DNA of 35,243 nucleotides from a virus (Duplodnaviria; Heunggongvirae; Uroviricota; Caudoviricetes): IMG/VR virus record IMGVR_UViG_2737471821_000011, positions 1 to 35,243 of that record; one strand, 5' to 3'. Shown piece by piece: positions 33,972 to 35,243 of this stretch (position 1 is its first letter; each line of letters starts with the position of its first letter). The notes under the pieces were generated by a model. It saw only the letters and a program-made list of their open reading frames with translations, ran no database searches and was not told where the DNA came from. The position numbers and the translations under genes were made by a program.

Positions 33972-35243
33972 ATGACGGTCTCAACCGAAGTTGACCACAA
34001 CGAATACACAGGCAATGGCGTTACGACATCGTTTCCGTATACCTTCCGCATTTTCAAAAAATCCGACCTGGTTGTTCAGGTGGTTGACCTTGATGAAAAT
34101 ATCGCTGTGCTGGCTCTTGATACTGATTACACTGTCACTGGGGCTGGTGGATACAACGGTGGCAATGTAATTTTGTCGAAGGCATTGGCCAGCGGTCATC
34201 ATATTTCTATATCTCGAGAGCTACCAGTTACGCAGGAAACCGATCTGCGCAATCAAGGTAAGTTCTTTGCTGAAGTGCATGAGGATGCTTTTGATAAGCT
34301 CACTATGCTTATACAGCGGGCATATAGCGTTTTTCGCTTAGCTCTGCGTAAACCATCAAGCATTGCGAACTGGTACGACGCGCTGAACAACTGCATCCGC
34401 AATTTGCGCGATCCCTGCAACCCGCAGGATGCCGCCACCAAAAATTATGTCGATACGCTCGCAAACAGCAACTTAATCCGCACGCTGCGAGTTCCAGAAG
34501 TTATTATATCCTTGCCTGATGCTGAAACCAGAGCTAATAAGATGGTTGCATTTGATAGTATCGGCAATCCTTTAGTGGTTTTGCCTCCTTCAGGTTCTGC
34601 TTCTGATGTTCTTATTCAGTTGGCTGCCTCAGATGGAGCAAAATTATCGTTAAGTCAAGTAGCCACCGCATATGGCCTTGATTTCTCGTTAGGCGGTGTA
34701 TGGCGGGAGGGGGCGTTATCTAATGTTGATAACTGGTGGTGGTATAATAATAAAATCTACACTGGTGGTAGTGGCACTCTTCCGTCATCTCCTGCTTTGC
34801 CATGGTACGAAGTGACGGTAGCAGATTATATTTCTGTTGCTCAATTTTTCCCCATTACTGGTGATCCAGCGGCAGATAACTCAGCTAGCTTTAATGCTGC
34901 TGCAGCAGTTGCTTTATCGGCAGGAAAGAGGCTGTTTGTCCCTGCAGGAACTTACTATGTTAAGTCACCAGTTGATTTAACAATAGGCACTGTTGACCTA
35001 TTCGGGGATGGCGTTGAGAAGTCATTCATTATTGCGGGGAGTGGGTTCACTGGAGAGGCAGTTGTCAACATGTACTACGAAACTGACTCTATAAGACGTA
35101 GCACATCTATCTATCACGTTACAGTTGATGGGAACAACATCGCCAACTATCCTTGCCGAATTCAATATGTTCACCTAGGAAGAACCCATAATTGTCGTTT
35201 CATCAATGGCGCGGTGGCGAACTTATATACTATAAACGACTGG
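33972..35243 (+). CDS. Tailspike / tail fibre protein, 3'-partial (continues beyond the window)
   Basis: ATG at 33972 with GGAGA RBS; open frame of 424 codons to the window end (absent from the track, presumably because no stop codon is reached). Conserved tail-fibre-type block RDPCNPQDAATKNYVD, then a Gly/Ala/Asn-rich region with DGNNIANYP suggestive of a beta-helix. Confidence 0.6.
   Translation, partial: MTVSTEVDHNEYTGNGVTTSFPYTFRIFKKSDLVVQVVDLDENIAVLALDTDYTVTGAGGYNGGNVILSKALASGHHISISRELPVTQETDLRNQGKFFAEVHEDAFDKLTMLIQRAYSVFRLALRKPSSIANWYDALNNCIRNLRDPCNPQDAATKNYVDTLANSNLIRTLRVPEVIISLPDAETRANKMVAFDSIGNPLVVLPPSGSASDVLIQLAASDGAKLSLSQVATAYGLDFSLGGVWREGALSNVDNWWWYNNKIYTGGSGTLPSSPALPWYEVTVADYISVAQFFPITGDPAADNSASFNAAAAVALSAGKRLFVPAGTYYVKSPVDLTIGTVDLFGDGVEKSFIIAGSGFTGEAVVNMYYETDSIRRSTSIYHVTVDGNNIANYPCRIQYVHLGRTHNCRFINGAVANLYTINDW

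Overview
The whole 35.2-kb window is an integrated temperate phage (enterobacterial type); no flanking host genes are visible. All calls are from reading the sequence and the ORF track by eye: no BLAST, HMM, tRNAscan or RNA folding was run, so family names are motif recognition from memory, and hand-counted coordinates of non-coding elements may be off by 1-2 bp. Left to right: a P4-type integrase at the window edge; a leftward early operon (Ser/Thr phosphatase, MT-A70 adenine methylase, AlpA/Xis-like protein, Bet/RecT-type annealing protein plus exonuclease, unknowns); an immunity region with a tandem-HTH repressor-like gene divergent from a Cro-like gene; a lambda-like O/P replication module with iterons inside the O-like gene; ead/nin-like small genes; terminase small and large subunits; an embedded tRNA-Arg(UCU) and one opposite-strand gene; a podovirus-like morphogenesis cluster (portal, scaffold, capsid, tail hub, three large internal virion proteins); an antirepressor locus on the minus strand; and the 5' part of a tailspike gene running off the right edge. 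Gene order and protein sizes resemble epsilon15-like temperate podoviruses, but that is unverified. The most interesting signals are non-coding: (1) at least 10 perfect copies of the inverted repeat TTACC-N5-GGTAA at promoters across the element, three of them between the repressor-like and Cro-like genes; (2) a near-consensus LexA box in front of a small protein homologous to the antirepressor C-terminal domain, with a repressor that shows no autocleavage domain; (3) a roughly 120-nt structured leader with its own promoter, operator and intrinsic terminator upstream of the antirepressor, carrying a triplicated 9-mer; (4) three copies of the palindrome GTGACATGTCAC next to terminators at module boundaries. 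I did not find a recognisable defence system; the candidates for something new are this regulatory architecture and a few unassigned accessory genes.
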